A program made the translations under genes and the position numbers. The notes under the pieces are model-generated. The model had not been told where the DNA came from. It saw only the letters and a program-made list of their open reading frames with translations, and searched no databases. From NCBI GenBank assembly GCA_964252035.1, contig OZ176211.1: a DNA stretch of 64,000 nt; one strand, 5' to 3'. Positions within the stretch are counted from its first letter, which is position 1; the number at the start of each line of letters is the position of its first letter. The stretch is from Podarcis erhardii. Its lineage: Eukaryota. Shown in pieces: positions 1-12,589 of this stretch.

Positions 1-312
1 TCTTTGCAAAGACTCCTGTGTGAACCTCAGGGAAACAAGTGCTGTAACAGCAGGAGTATCAAAACTCCATTAATTTCAATGGGATTTCTGGGGAGCTGTG
101 CTTTTTGTTAACTTTAAGGGTATGCAGTTAACTGCTCTGAGGGACAGTTCCTTCTCTTTCTGACTCCCAGCTCCCTGCTCCTGCCAAGTTTCTCAATAAA
201 CAGAAGAGTGTTTTTAAAAGTCTTATTAATGCAATCCTTCTCAAAACCATGTTGAATGCTATGGAAGGTCCTGACTTTGCTTCCTAAAAATCAACTTGAA
301 TTAAATACTTAC

Positions 313-555
313 GGTAAGGAGGGTCCATATAGCCGTTCCTGGGGTCCATGGCAAAGACTGTCCCACGGTAAGGTACGGATGGTTCAGGAAGGTGGGGTAT
401 AGATCCATGTATCTCCTTCTTGATTAATGAGGCCCTTTCCTCGCTGGATGTCGAAGGCTCCTCGCTGATTTTACTGAGGCCTTGCCCGCCCTGTGGCTGC
501 ATTGTGATTGCGTTTCTTCTCTCTCTGTGATAGGTCTGCCCAGGACTTTCATCCT
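313..555 (-). CDS. GLI3: GLI3 coding exon (exon 3 in human numbering), 243 bp, phase 1-1
   Basis: Translates [81 protein letters not shown], recognisably the GLI3 N-terminus. Polypyrimidine tract and TAG acceptor (AG at 557-556); donor GTAAGT starting at 312. The 243-nt length matches the human exon as I recall it. Confidence 0.97.
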
Positions 556-3500
556 CTAGGGAGGGGGAAAAAAAAGAGAGAGAAAGGTTTGGGAGGGGGA
601 AGAGAAATTTTAAGCTCAGCTGCTGCAAGCGATCAAAGTTTTTAAAGTTTCCTCTTCCGCTAAGCACGATCTGCGCCACAATATAAGTTCAGAGGACCAG
701 AGACACATGTGTGGTTATGAAAGATGTCCCTGGATGCAGGTTGAAGGAGGAGGGAGAGGGGAACGCAAGCCACTCAGTGCGAGTGGCAGTTGTGCAGTAG
801 ATCATCATCACCCCATTCGCTGATGCATTTACTAGAGGGGCCATTAATCGTGCAGAAATGGACACTGGCTTGCTATTTTCTTTCCTCTGGGACAAGAAGG
901 CTTGGAAGTTTTGGCTGCTTGACCGGGAGGAAAAAAACAATTTGTCACGAATTGCAAAAAGATGAACTCTGCTAGCAGAAACTAAATCAAGTCTAGCCAC
1001 CCACTGGTGCTTTGTATTGGCTAGCATGCTCCTTTATGCCTCCACAGATGGGCTGCTGATAAGAGGAAGGCTCCTCGCCATTAAACGGAGATCTCAGTTA
1101 TTAAAATTAAGCCACAAAGGGCCCCTAAAAGACCTGGAGCCTCTGGTAATTACACAGAGCATACCTGGGTGCAGAGAAGTACAAAACAGTCTGAACCAAA
1201 AGTTTAAAATGTTATCTATAGATCTGTTGCGTGTACACAACATGAACAGCATAGTCTATCTGAATCATCAAATGCACACATCTATTTGACATTTTAAACT
1301 TTTAGCTCTAATAACTGCACCCCAAATGCCCTAGAATAGCCCCTGAGGGAATGACAGAATCATGATAAGGAAGAGCAGGGGGAAAAGTGATTGCCCAGAC
1401 TTTCAGAGGTGTATGTATTTCAATGGAACTACAAATCTATTTGAGTGGTTGTTTTGATTCTTATGAGTGGTTTAGGATATTTTAATATACAATTATTAGT
1501 AGAATGTCAAAATGATTATGTACTTGAAAAAAGGCTCAGTCCAAGGTGTAGTTCTTTCTCTTAGAAATACATTCTTCAATACAACACATTTACCAATTTA
1601 GAAAATGTTAAGAAGCAGAAAGAACTGCATTATGATTGTTCACTTAGCCATACAAATCCACACTACAAAACTCAAGAGGGAGAAAAGAAAGAAATGTGAA
1701 GGGGAAGAGATTTATCTGCTGACTTGTACAACAACAGAAATTCCTGAGCACAACACAGACTTCTTAACTGTGTCTCTAAGGAATCGGCTGAGGCAGCTGT
1801 TTTAGCTCATTCACCTGAATAAGCAAGCAGGATGCACCTTTAAAGCACAATGGCCTCTCTCTCACCTGACCTGTTCCTGAAGTGTCCCGTGAGCCAGTCT
1901 ATGGACAACCAGCCACTCCATATACGAAGAGCGTTCTCTGGGATAAAAGCAGGTGCCTGTAGCACCCCAAGAGATGCCACCAGCCCAGTCCATGAAATTC
2001 ACAACATAAAGGCTCTGAACTGACATGGGGGTGAGGGCTCATGGAGGATTCTCTCAGATGAAGACCAATTAGGAAATGGGACAAATCAAATGTGCATGCA
2101 TTTAAATGAAAACAAGAATTGCTTCCATACCTGAGACAAGAAACCTGCCTCTCACAAGGCTTCCCAACCACCCACAGCACATCTCAGAGAAAAGCTTAAG
2201 GAAAGAGGATTAATGCAAGTGGGCAGCCATCATTTCTGTAAAATACTGTCCTGACCTGCAAAAGCTGTCTTCTAAAGTATTTCTGATGGTTCTGAATACT
2301 TTTTGTATCAACCCCAAGGAGCGGAGTTCAAATAATAGTTTTGGATATACACCTAAGATGTTTTAGACACATAACTAAAATGAAAAGTGTGAACGCAACA
2401 AATACATTTGCAAACATGTGCTGCCATACAGATACACTCAGGGAGCTGTGATAAGCTGCAGCTTCTGGATGAGAGAACAACCTGTTGCAAACTCTCTGTC
2501 GTGCATGAAATGGCCCCGTCTCCCATTTATTTGTTCTGAATGGGTAAAAATCAATCAAAGGAGGCCTGTAAATAAATTCAAAGTATGTGTAATAGCCAAA
2601 ACTTCCAAACACAAAGTCCTCACATTGGAAGATTAAAGTATGCACACAAGCAAAAATAATGTTTCTGGCATACTGAGGAAACCAAATTGCCTAACTACAT
2701 TTAGGCATCTCGTGTTTGGGAAAGAAAAAGGAGAGAAAGAGAAGTTGGGGAGAACTATGGGGTGGTTTTGTATCAATTGCACACTTTTACAACAACCTCG
2801 CAATCATGCTAAATACACTGCTGCAAAATGAATCAGGAAGTCACTTTTGTATAGGCTAATTCTGCATTACTTTAAATATTATAATGTAAAATTCTTAAAA
2901 TTTATTTCAAATTTGTTCCACATTGGAGTAGCAACGGAAAGGATCTGTGACAAGTCCATTAAGTATTGCAATGCAGCTTAAGATGCTTGCAAACTTCATA
3001 TTATAATGCAAATTCAAGTTTCTTTTAAATTCCATTAGTTTTAAAGAAGACGGAACTCTGTATTTCACAGCATTTTGGGAAAGCCAGCCCTCGAGAGTAA
3101 AGCAAAATCCCATGGTTTCCCCTGCTATTTTGCTTCACTATGCACAGGTATTTGTTGCATATTCTTGACTGACATTTTGTAATCTACTTTACAGTTAAAT
3201 TAGTTGTGAATAGTGCAATTGCACTGAAATATCCAAAAACACACTTGGAAACGAAACAGGTAGCCCTAACCCTTAACACTTTACTTCCAGTAAAACCTTT
3301 TATAATTATATTCTCTTGCTGCCTACTGCAATCTTTTGAAGGTGCAGGGCAAACCCTATCTGTTAAAAGTATATCCCATTATTGTTTTGCTTCCAGCCAC
3401 TTTATATAGACACATTTAGGCTGGAACACAAGATAAACAATCTGTGTGTTTAATTTACAAGTGTGAGAAATACTAGGATGTTTAGATATTAGATGTGATT

Positions 3501-5599
3501 AGGTCCAGTGCTGTTTCCTTAACAATGTAAAACATTGGGTCATAACTTGGCACTGATTTCATCTTGCCTTTAAGGCTGTGATCCTAACACTTCCTTGGGA
3601 GTAAAGTCCAGCAGTGGATTTACTGTCAAATTAATCTGCTTGCAGATGGAGCGAAATTACACTGTACATTAAATATGCCACCACAAAATACCATATGTGA
3701 GGGAGTTCAGCTTGTTTTGTTCTGTCCCTCACAATATATTCAGGTGTTAAGTCACTTCTTAATTGTAATGGTTTTTAAAAAAGATGAGCCCACTTTATGG
3801 ATGAAATCTGAAGCCTTTACTATGTTGGTAAAAAAAGAGCAAAATATATTTGATTTTAACAAAAATATAGCATTCTGTCAATAATACTTTTCTTTCACAA
3901 AAGTAACACCACTTACTGGTGATGCACAGACAGCTACCAGCCCAAACCACCTCTGCTCCCCCCTGCCCTCCTTTTGTGTAACACAACATTTTTGTATTAA
4001 TGAGAAATTCCAACGAACAAACCGTTCGTTAAGAGTTTACTTCATGCCCTGCACTGCAAAGTTCCTTTTCAATGAGGGCAGATGAAAAACTTGACAGTAC
4101 GCACACTCCAGAATACAAATAGCCAAGTGGTTTGAAATTGCACTCTCTATATGCTGAAAGGAAAAACTTTCCGTGCAATAATTCTGCATGCTCTTATAAC
4201 CACAGTAAAACCACTTCAGCAAGCCAAAAGGTGAAAGCTGTCTAATCTTGTTCTATTTCAGCTGAATTGTTCAATAAAATTTAAGAGTCAGTGCAGACAA
4301 GCTGCGCCAGGCCAAATTATTGACAGAAACAGACAGTCCACCATGGCAACAAGTGGAGGTCTATAACAAAAATGTAAGCAAACAAGCCACTTCTTCGGCA
4401 GCATCTGCCAATCGAGACTTGAAGCCAAAAACACAAAACTGTTACTGCTTGCTTTTTCCTGTGTTTAAGATGTTGTGTAGTCTGCCATCAAAAGACAAAA
4501 GTCTATTTTGCTTCCCCACCCCCAAAAGAGATGTTGCAACAGGCCAAATACCACCAGAATGTCAAAGGGCCAGATTCATTTAAGTTACAGGGTGGGTTTT
4601 TTTTGTATTTGTAAACGCAGAATTATTTCACATATTTCTTCATGTTTATTCTAGGCTAGGACAAAAGAAATAATACAGCGATAACTTCAGTTTTATACCA
4701 CTTTCCATCATTCCACTTGTACTCCCCCTCTGTTTCCAGGGATCAATCCAGGAAGCTGTTTAAAATACCTGGGATGTCCTACAGCATATATATTTGACCG
4801 GGACTTTTTTCTATACCTGCAGGCTGGATTAAGAGAAGAGCACATGCAGAGTGTTTTTGCCACATCAACTCCCCTGAACATGAGGCAAGGCTAACATATC
4901 AAGTGAGCTAGAAACTTCGCAGTTTGAAGTGTTTGTTCTTTCAAGGAATATATTAAATGTATCATTTGTGTAAATTATATACAGCTGTTCAGACAGACCA
5001 AGAATTGGAGAATTTTACCAGCAGAGATATTCATCGCCAGAGCTATGCCTGCCCAACCCCCTTGAAAGTCTAAATTTTGCTTATCCCACTTACAAGAGAA
5101 GGGAAGCATAGACACTAAAGTTTATGCACTAAAGTCAGCTTCTCCAATAAACTTTTCTGCTTCTTTAAAACATCATGGAAAACCCAATTTCAAACAACGA
5201 AAACTTCCTCATTTCCCCAAGGCACAGATTAAAAAATAAGTTCAAGAAGGTGTCTCTCAAGTTACTTGGCTGGGAGGGGATGCTCCAAAGTTCAAGTCAA
5301 ATGAACAAGCCATCTACTAAGCCTTAGAGTACAGGATAATATATTTATTCACATTATTGCATTGCAGGCACTTAAGGAGGCTGTTTTACCTGTATTTTTA
5401 AAAAAACAGAAACAGACAAGGTACTTACAACTCAATCGAAAAGATCTTGGCTTGCTCTCTGGAACCTCTCATCTTGACTGAAATTCTCTAGCTACTGGTG
5501 TGTGGACATTCCTCTCTCCTCACTTTTTCCCTCTTCTTCTCCCCCCTTGCCTCCCTCTCTCTCTCTCTCAGTCTCCCACCCTCTCTCTCTCTCTCTCTC

Positions 5600-6620
5600 A
5601 GAGGCAGCGCTTCTCCCATTAGAGGAATTAAAATTGGTTGGTGCCATGCTAAATTTAACAAGCTCATTAGTATTCTTCCTGTGTGCTTGGTAGTGAACTC
5701 TCCCTATTCAAGCCGCCCTCTCAAGCTGAGGGGTCAGGCGGCTAATCATTAAATCAAACTAATGTCACCCTATCACAATCAGCCCTAAGAGAAGGAGGGT
5801 TTATTATTTCAGTTTATGCTAAATAAACGGTTTTACAAACGGTCTTCGAGCAAGGTCAACAGCATCTTCAATTACAAGGCAAACTTAACAAGAGTTGCTA
5901 TAAACCAAAGTGCTCCGTATTGACTTAAGCGCAAGCTCTGCTCCGCAGATTGCCACCGGCAGGCTTGTACAGGAATGCATATTGTAAATTTCTTCTTCAT
6001 CATCATCTTCTTAAGGAAAGGGTAATCTTTTCTTTTGCCAGAATTGGTGACTTGCGTAGAGACTGCTCATTCACCTCTCCCCNNNNNNNNNNNNNNNNNN
6101 NNNNNNNNNNNNNNNNNNNNNNNNNNNNNNNNNNNNNNNNNNNNNNNNNNNNNNNNNNNNNNNNNNNNNNNNNNNNNNNNNNNNNNNNNNNNNNNNNNNN
6201 NNNNNNNNNNNNNNNNNNNNNNNNNNNNNNNNNNNNNNNNNNNNNNNNNNNNNNNNNNNNNNNNNNNNNNNNNNNNNNNNNNNNNNNNNNNNNNNNNNNN
6301 NNNNNNNNNNNNNNNNNNNNNNNNNNNNNNNNNNNNNNNNNNNNNNNNNNNNNNNNNNNNNNNNNNNNNNNNNNNNNNNNNNNNNNNNNNNNNNNNNNNN
6401 NNNNNNNNNNNNNNNNNNNNNNNNNNNNNNNNNNNNNNNNNNNNNNNNNNNNNNNNNNNNNNNNNNNNNNCAATCCCTTCACCGGCCTGCACTCAGCAAT
6501 TGCTCATTAAATGAACAATTGCTGGTATAAAATGCCTTTTATGTTCAAGGTCTGGATATAAGATAAGCATTCTAGTTCTCTAAATTTAGTTTACTAAGGA
6601 AACTCACCATCATTAAATTA
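5600..6620. promoter_or_regulatory. Candidate conserved non-coding element or enhancer, interrupted by an N gap
   Basis: Repeat-free, dense in TAAT/ATTA motifs, retains CpGs, and has TTGATTTAATGATTA on the minus strand (5757-5743, PBX-HOX-like). It is about 5 kb from exon 3, and GLI3 intron 2 is known to hold deeply conserved enhancers. No alignment was run. Confidence 0.55.
6083..6470. other. Assembly gap
   Basis: Run of N. Confidence 1.
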
Positions 6621-9214
6621 TCCAAATGAAGGCAGAATAGCAGTCTCTCCTAGCAAAGTAGCACTTATGAGAGATGTTCATCCTTGCCTCCCCCGCCCCC
6701 CAAGACTTCAGTGCTAAAATGCTTAATAGAATAATATACAACTAATGGGGAATAATTTTCCTGCATGTAAGAAGAGGCCTACATTTTGGAAATCAGGTAC
6801 TTCACTTTTGAATTATGTAATAGAGCCATAGACCCATTGACTGTGTGTCTGGCTTCCCATGTACTCTGATGACTCATTTTTGTCCCTTCTAAGAGTTTGC
6901 TGAAACTGACTGTAACTTTTCTTTCTGGTAGCAAAACGGACCTGTAGGCCTTATAAACAAACTCTAGAGTGATTAGTGCCCCCTATCTTACACATGGAAA
7001 TAAGATCTGTTGAAATCAATGGGGCTTATTTTCCAAGCAAGCATGCAAATGATCTGGCTGTAAAATTTGCTTTACTGTAAGAAGCAAAGTTTCTAGGAAG
7101 GCTTCTTCATTCTGGCCTTATGAATGTTTACCTTTTATGGAGATATTCTTAAACGAAGCACTTTCAGAATATAGACACAAGAAGGCATTCACAAACCAGA
7201 TTCCCAGCCCATCATGAGCATATGAATCAAAATTATCACAGTGGGTTAGATAGCAAACATTGAACTTTATTTATATGAGGTGCTTGAGTATTGTACAAAC
7301 ATTTTGCACCTTACAGCCAGTCTATACTATCTGAATGAACAATATTAGAATGTATAGACGCATATTCTTCTTTGTAATGGATTTTCAACTTATCAGTAAT
7401 TTCTAATACTTTTTTGGCACTCTGTGGATTGTAAATACACAATGCCTTCACTATCTTTTATTTTCACACCTTGATAATTCTAGGGGTGGGGAGCTTATAT
7501 TTTGCTTTTCTTTCCCAGAACAGTTTTAAATAGTTGTGGCTATGAAAGAAAAATAGGGGGAAATGTAGACTAAGAAACGAATGGGAAACATTCAGGCACT
7601 GAACCTGATACTCATACTGACTGCTATATGAGAACGGGGAATGATAGATATTCTTGCTGAATTTCAAGAAACAAACAAGTTACATGTATACTAGCTTATA
7701 ATCATGAATTCTCATATGGGAACAGAAACATGGCCACCGATGACAACAGTGTCGGGGTGCAAATTAACATTATGTAGAGGAAAGGTCCCCAAACTGAGTT
7801 AGAAACGTTTTATCGGATAATATATCCCCTAAATTTAATAGTCTCATGTACTGAACACACTGCATTTCCAGTTGTGCTCATTCTTTAATTTCACAAGTGT
7901 ACAAAGAGGCTGAAATACTCTCTTACAATTGAACTCCCTTCTAGATCACATCTGCAACGCCTCCTCAATTTCTATCTTCAAATCTTTTTTTAAAGCCTAT
8001 CTTTTTTCCGTGTAGCTTTTCCATAAGCTCCTTTTCTCCCAAGATTATCCAGCCCTTTAGGAGTCTTTACTGCAATTATAAATGTAACCTGTTTCTTTCA
8101 TTCGGTGATACTCTCTACCAAAACCTAGATTGTCAGTCCCTTTCTGGCAAGACCCTTTCAAGATGTATTGTTTGTACAACACTAGGCGCATTGCCAGGCC
8201 ATTCAAAATAAATAAATCATAATACTTCATAGCAGAATGATTCTCAAGGGAAAGATTTGTGAGAATGTGTGGTTGTTTTGTGGGTGGGTGGATGTGTAAC
8301 AGAGAGGGAGGGAGGGAGGGAGACACAGAGAGAGAGAGAATATGTGGGCATGATCTCAGGTATCCCCCCTTGTGAGGAACACCCCACATTCAGAAAAAGG
8401 TTCATGTTTATACGTGTTCAGACATGCAGTAAACTTCTGATCACATCCACTCCTAGTCTCTATTAGTCTAAATGGCACACATATGGGTATTTTCTCAATG
8501 TGCACAATATTCAAACATTATTATGAGCTCACAGAGGTAGAGGGGATGGGTAGGGGCAGAGAATGCAGTCCTATTACCTTTAGATGTGTGCCAGTTTATC
8601 TTGTGTGTAAATGGACCTGGGGTTTCCTACCACCTCTCCTGGGCTTGATGGACGCATGCCTTCTCACAGTTCCCTAAATTTGCTCCCACGTGGAGTGCAC
8701 AGGTCAAATGGAATATGCCTCACAATGTGTGTGTACACTATTGCTGCTATTGAAGTTTGGGTTTGTTTGTTTTTTTAAGTTCAAATATACACAGCATAAT
8801 CAAGCTGAAAATTTCTGAACTCAGTGCTCAACTGTTAAAGGATATTCTGAAAATTATGGGCCCTGAAAAAGCTTCACTACAAGGAACGGTGACATAGTAA
8901 TCTTCAGACAGATTTTGAGTAGAATTAAAGGCAGCAAAGTAAATATGCAATCTAATGCTCAAGCCCCACTGAAACTAGCAGGAGCTACACAAGAGACCAT
9001 ACCCCTTGTCTATTCATAAGAAGACGGGCTTTTTGTGCCAAAGGTCTTAGTTTTTTGTTTTGTTTATTTATTTCTATATGAAACCTGCATACCGTGCTTC
9101 ATCTAAAGATCATGAGGCCATCCTTACCTGCACCATAGCACTATAACTTGACAAAGTTTGGATGTCTGAAGAACTTTACTTTAAATCAATTATCTTATAG
9201 AGCTGCAAAGCTTA

Positions 9215-9910
9215 ACATATTTATTTAATGCTTATTAGGTGTTGTATTTAAAAAAATATTCCAGGCATGATAGTGGATTTAAAGCCACAATAATACAATA
9301 AAAATCTGCAATAAGACCAAAAAATCCAATCAAGCATAAATACCCCAATTACAAAACCATAAGCAAAATACAATATAAATCACAGGACCTAAAAAGAAAT
9401 AAAAGCAACCATCAAAATGCAGAAACTAAAAACACCAACCGTACCTCAGGGAGTGAAGCATTCCTGGGGGAATAGGGAAGTCTTTCTGGTGTTAGGCTAA
9501 GATACATTGCATAGCCTGGGGTGTGAGAGGAGACCCCCAAAAAGGTCCTCTCTTACATTTGCAGAAGGGCCTCCACAGAGGACTTTAAATTATGGACAAG
9601 TACATCTGGGAGCAGATGTTCCACCAGGTAGCAAATCCCAAGCCAGGTAGGATTTTATAGATCAAAATCAGTGCTGGAAATGAATTGAAAGCCAGTGCAG
9701 GTGAGAAATGATCAGCATAATGTATTCATAATGCTTTGTTAACACTCCAGTAGCCCACACTACTGTATTTTGTACCTGCTAAAGTTTCTGGACCATCTTC
9801 AAATGCAGCCTCGTGTACAATGCAGTCCAATAATTCAAATGGGAGGACATCAAATATGGATCACCAGCCATATTATCCACAGAGGTGCCAGATCTGCTTC
9901 TATGAACCCA
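9215..9910 (-). mobile_element. Degenerate L2-clade LINE 3' fragment
   Basis: Minus strand resembles the L2 RT C-terminal motif LDYCNALY.GL.LK..QKLQ.VQN (ttggactgcattgtacacgaggctgcatttgaagatggtccagaaac), followed by an AT-rich tail. Confidence 0.55.
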
Positions 9911-9918
9911 TATATTAA

Positions 9919-10272
9919 AAAGGTAAAGGAACCCTGACCATTCGGTCCAGTCGTGACCGACTCTGGGGTTGCGCGCTCATCTTGCTCTATAGGCCAAGGG
10001 AGCCGGCGTTTGTCCGCAGACAGCTTCCGGGTCATGTGGCCAGCATGACTAAGCTGCTTCTGGTGAACCAGAGCAGTGCACGGAAACGCCGTTTACCTTC
10101 CCGCCGGAGCGGTACCTATTTATCTACTTGCACATGATGTGCTTTCGAACTGCTAGGTTGGCAGGAACAGGGACCAAGCAACGGGAGCTCACCCCGTCGT
10201 GGGGATTCGAAGCGCCGACCTTCTGATCGGCAAGTCCTAGGCTCTGTGGTTTAACCCACAGCGCCACCCGCG
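9919..10272 (-). mobile_element. Sauria SINE copy 1
   Basis: (ACCTTT)n tail, Bov-B-like 3' end and tRNA-like head (plus strand ggggattcgaa...gcgccacc). Highly similar to three other copies in the window. Confidence 0.9.
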
Positions 10273-10559
10273 TGTATTTGGAAAGTGCTAATTTGAGGGC
10301 TATGGCGACACTTCTGAGTAGGGATGGAGAGGAATTCTCTTTGCTTCACATTTTAAATACAAAACTTCCTAAGTGGCACATTTCAAAATAACACACAAGC
10401 CACAAAATACAGCTATCCTTCAACTCACACTACTCTGAATTTTGTGGTCCACTTCTTCAATCAAATAATGTGTACAAAATGAATATATCTGGTGAAAGTG
10501 TACACAAAAATGCATGCATTATTGAAAACAGCATAGAAAAACCCAAAAACTGAATTTGA

Positions 10560-12585
10560 AAGAAGAAAAATCTCAAAAACGAGAGGACGCATAAAACGGA
10601 AGTTGAAAAGGGAAGTCAAGAGGGTTAACTCTCTCCAGGATGATTGGGGATTATTCAAAACTACAATAGTAGAAGCTCAGTAGTAATGTATACCATTAAA
10701 AGTTTCCACAAAGGCCACTAGGATACCAACATGCTTAATGAGCAGAGTCAATGAAGAAGTTAGAGGCAGGAAGAGTTCCTTCTGCAAATGAAAGTCTTGC
10801 CCAAATGAAACAAAAAGGAGGGCCAAAAAGTGGCAAAAACAAAGCAAAGTAGACAATAAGAGAGGAAAAGAATTGATCAACATATCATGAAAAACATTAA
10901 TACCAACAAAATAGTGTTCAAACACATTAGAAGCAGGGAACTAGCAATGGAGACAGACCTCTGGGCAAAAAGGAGTCAAAGGTGAGATAAGGGAAGAAAA
11001 ACTGAGATTGCAGAGAAGATGAATTCTTTGAATTTGTCTTCACTTCGAAGAATGTAATGCAGATCCCTGTGCATGAATATTACAGGAAGAGAGTCTGAGG
11101 AACTGAGGCAAAGAAAGGTGACAAAAGATGATATTCTAGGCCTTGCTGACGAAAGACGATATTCTAGGCCTTGCATCCACCTCAGAGATGCTAAAGAATT
11201 CAAATGTGAAATTGCTGATCTCCTAAGAAAAACATGTAACATGTCACAAAGATCAGTTGTCCTACCTGGTCTTGTCATACCAAGACCAGGACATGGACAA
11301 TGTAACACCAGTTTTTAAAAATGGGATCCAAGGGCATCTAGGAAAGTACAGGCCAGGAAGCTTAATGCCTACTCTGGGAAAACCAAGCAGCTTTATTAAA
11401 GGCATTACCCAGCATGCACAATAATAAGACGCTGAAGAAGAACCAGCATGGCTTCAAGAAAGGCAAGTCCTCTCAAAACAACCTTTTAGAGTTATTTGAA
11501 AGTGTCAACAAGCATGTGGAGAGGGATAATCCAGAATGTGTTGCATACTTTCAAAAAGCTTTTGATAAGGTCCCTCACCAAAGGCTCTTGAGTAAACTTA
11601 GAAGCTACGGGATAAGGGGACAAGCCTTACACACTACAGGGTGTGTAGACTAGGAGTAAACTGTTCGCCAAGTGAGTGCCCCAAGGGCTGTATTAGGACT
11701 GAAGCTTTTAACATTTTCAAAATTATTTGAGCTGCAGGGAAAGTAGTGAAGTGCCAAAGTTTTCTGGTGATATCAAATTGTTCAGGATGGCAAAAAGCAA
11801 AAGGGGATTTGAACAGAGTTCCAAAAGGATCTATCCAGAGTGAGTATAAGGACATTAAAATGGCAAATGCATTTCAATGTATGCAAATGAAAAGTTATGT
11901 ACACTGGAGCAATTGAAAATAAAACGGTCAATATTATAAAGCCATCAAAAAAATTGATGGTGTGAACACACTTGGAATACAGTGGTGCCTCGCAAGACGA
12001 AAAGAATCCGTTCCGCGAGTCTCTTCGTCTTGCGGTTTTTTCATCTTGCGAAGCAAGCCCATTAGCGGCTTAGCGGATTAGCGCTATTAGCGGCTTAGCA
12101 GATCAGCTGATAAGCGGCTTAGCGGATCAGCTGTTAAGCGGCTTAGCAGATCAGCTGATAAGCGGCTTAGCGGATCAGCTGATAAGCGGCTTAGCGGCTT
12201 AGAAAAAGGGAGGAAGGGGGGGAAAACCGCAGGAACTCGCAAGATATTTTCGTCTTGCGAAGCAAGCCCATAGGAAATTCGTTTTGCGAAGCACCTCCAA
12301 AACGGAAAACCCTTTCGTCTAGCGGGTTTTCCGTCTTGCAAGGCATTCGTCTTGCGGGGCACCACTGTATTGTGTTCAGTTCTGGTGGCAATACCTCAAA
12401 AGGGGTATTGTGAGGGTGGGAAGGTTTCAGAGACAGGCAGCAAAAATGATCAATGGGATGGACCAACACTCATGAGCAAAGGTTACAACATTTAAGGATT
12501 TTCACTTTAGGAAAAACTTGTTGGAAGTGATAGCAGTGTGTAAAACTATGCATGTGCAGAGAAGAGGAATTTTTACAAAATTTCC
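10560..12585 (+). mobile_element. Degenerate CR1 LINE ORF2 fragment, split by a MITE
   Basis: ORF 11414-11653 has QHGFKKGKSSQNNLLELFE...FQKAFDKVPHQRLLSKL, typical of CR1 RT. The CR1 motif HLEY|CVQFW is split at the TA where the MITE sits. Confidence 0.85.
11980..12367. mobile_element. Tc1/mariner-type MITE with an internal 24-bp tandem array
   Basis: TIRs cagtggtgcctcgcaagacg / cgtcttgcggggcaccactg; TA duplicated at 11978-11979 and 12368-12369. Confidence 0.9.
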
Positions 12586-12589
12586 AAAT

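Noticed and set aside
556-679. In-frame extension of the 284..679 ORF upstream of exon 3 (MAQIVLSG...)
   Set aside because: Starts at a GTG and runs through the polypyrimidine tract. The true upstream coding sequence is exon 2 at 60745-60622.
5950-6514. Long ORFs across N runs (also at 46704 and 60266-60524)
   Set aside because: They are open only because Ns hide stop codons.
12088-12202. Regular 24-bp repeats as a CRISPR-like array
   Set aside because: Head-to-tail with no spacers, inside a MITE, in a vertebrate intron.
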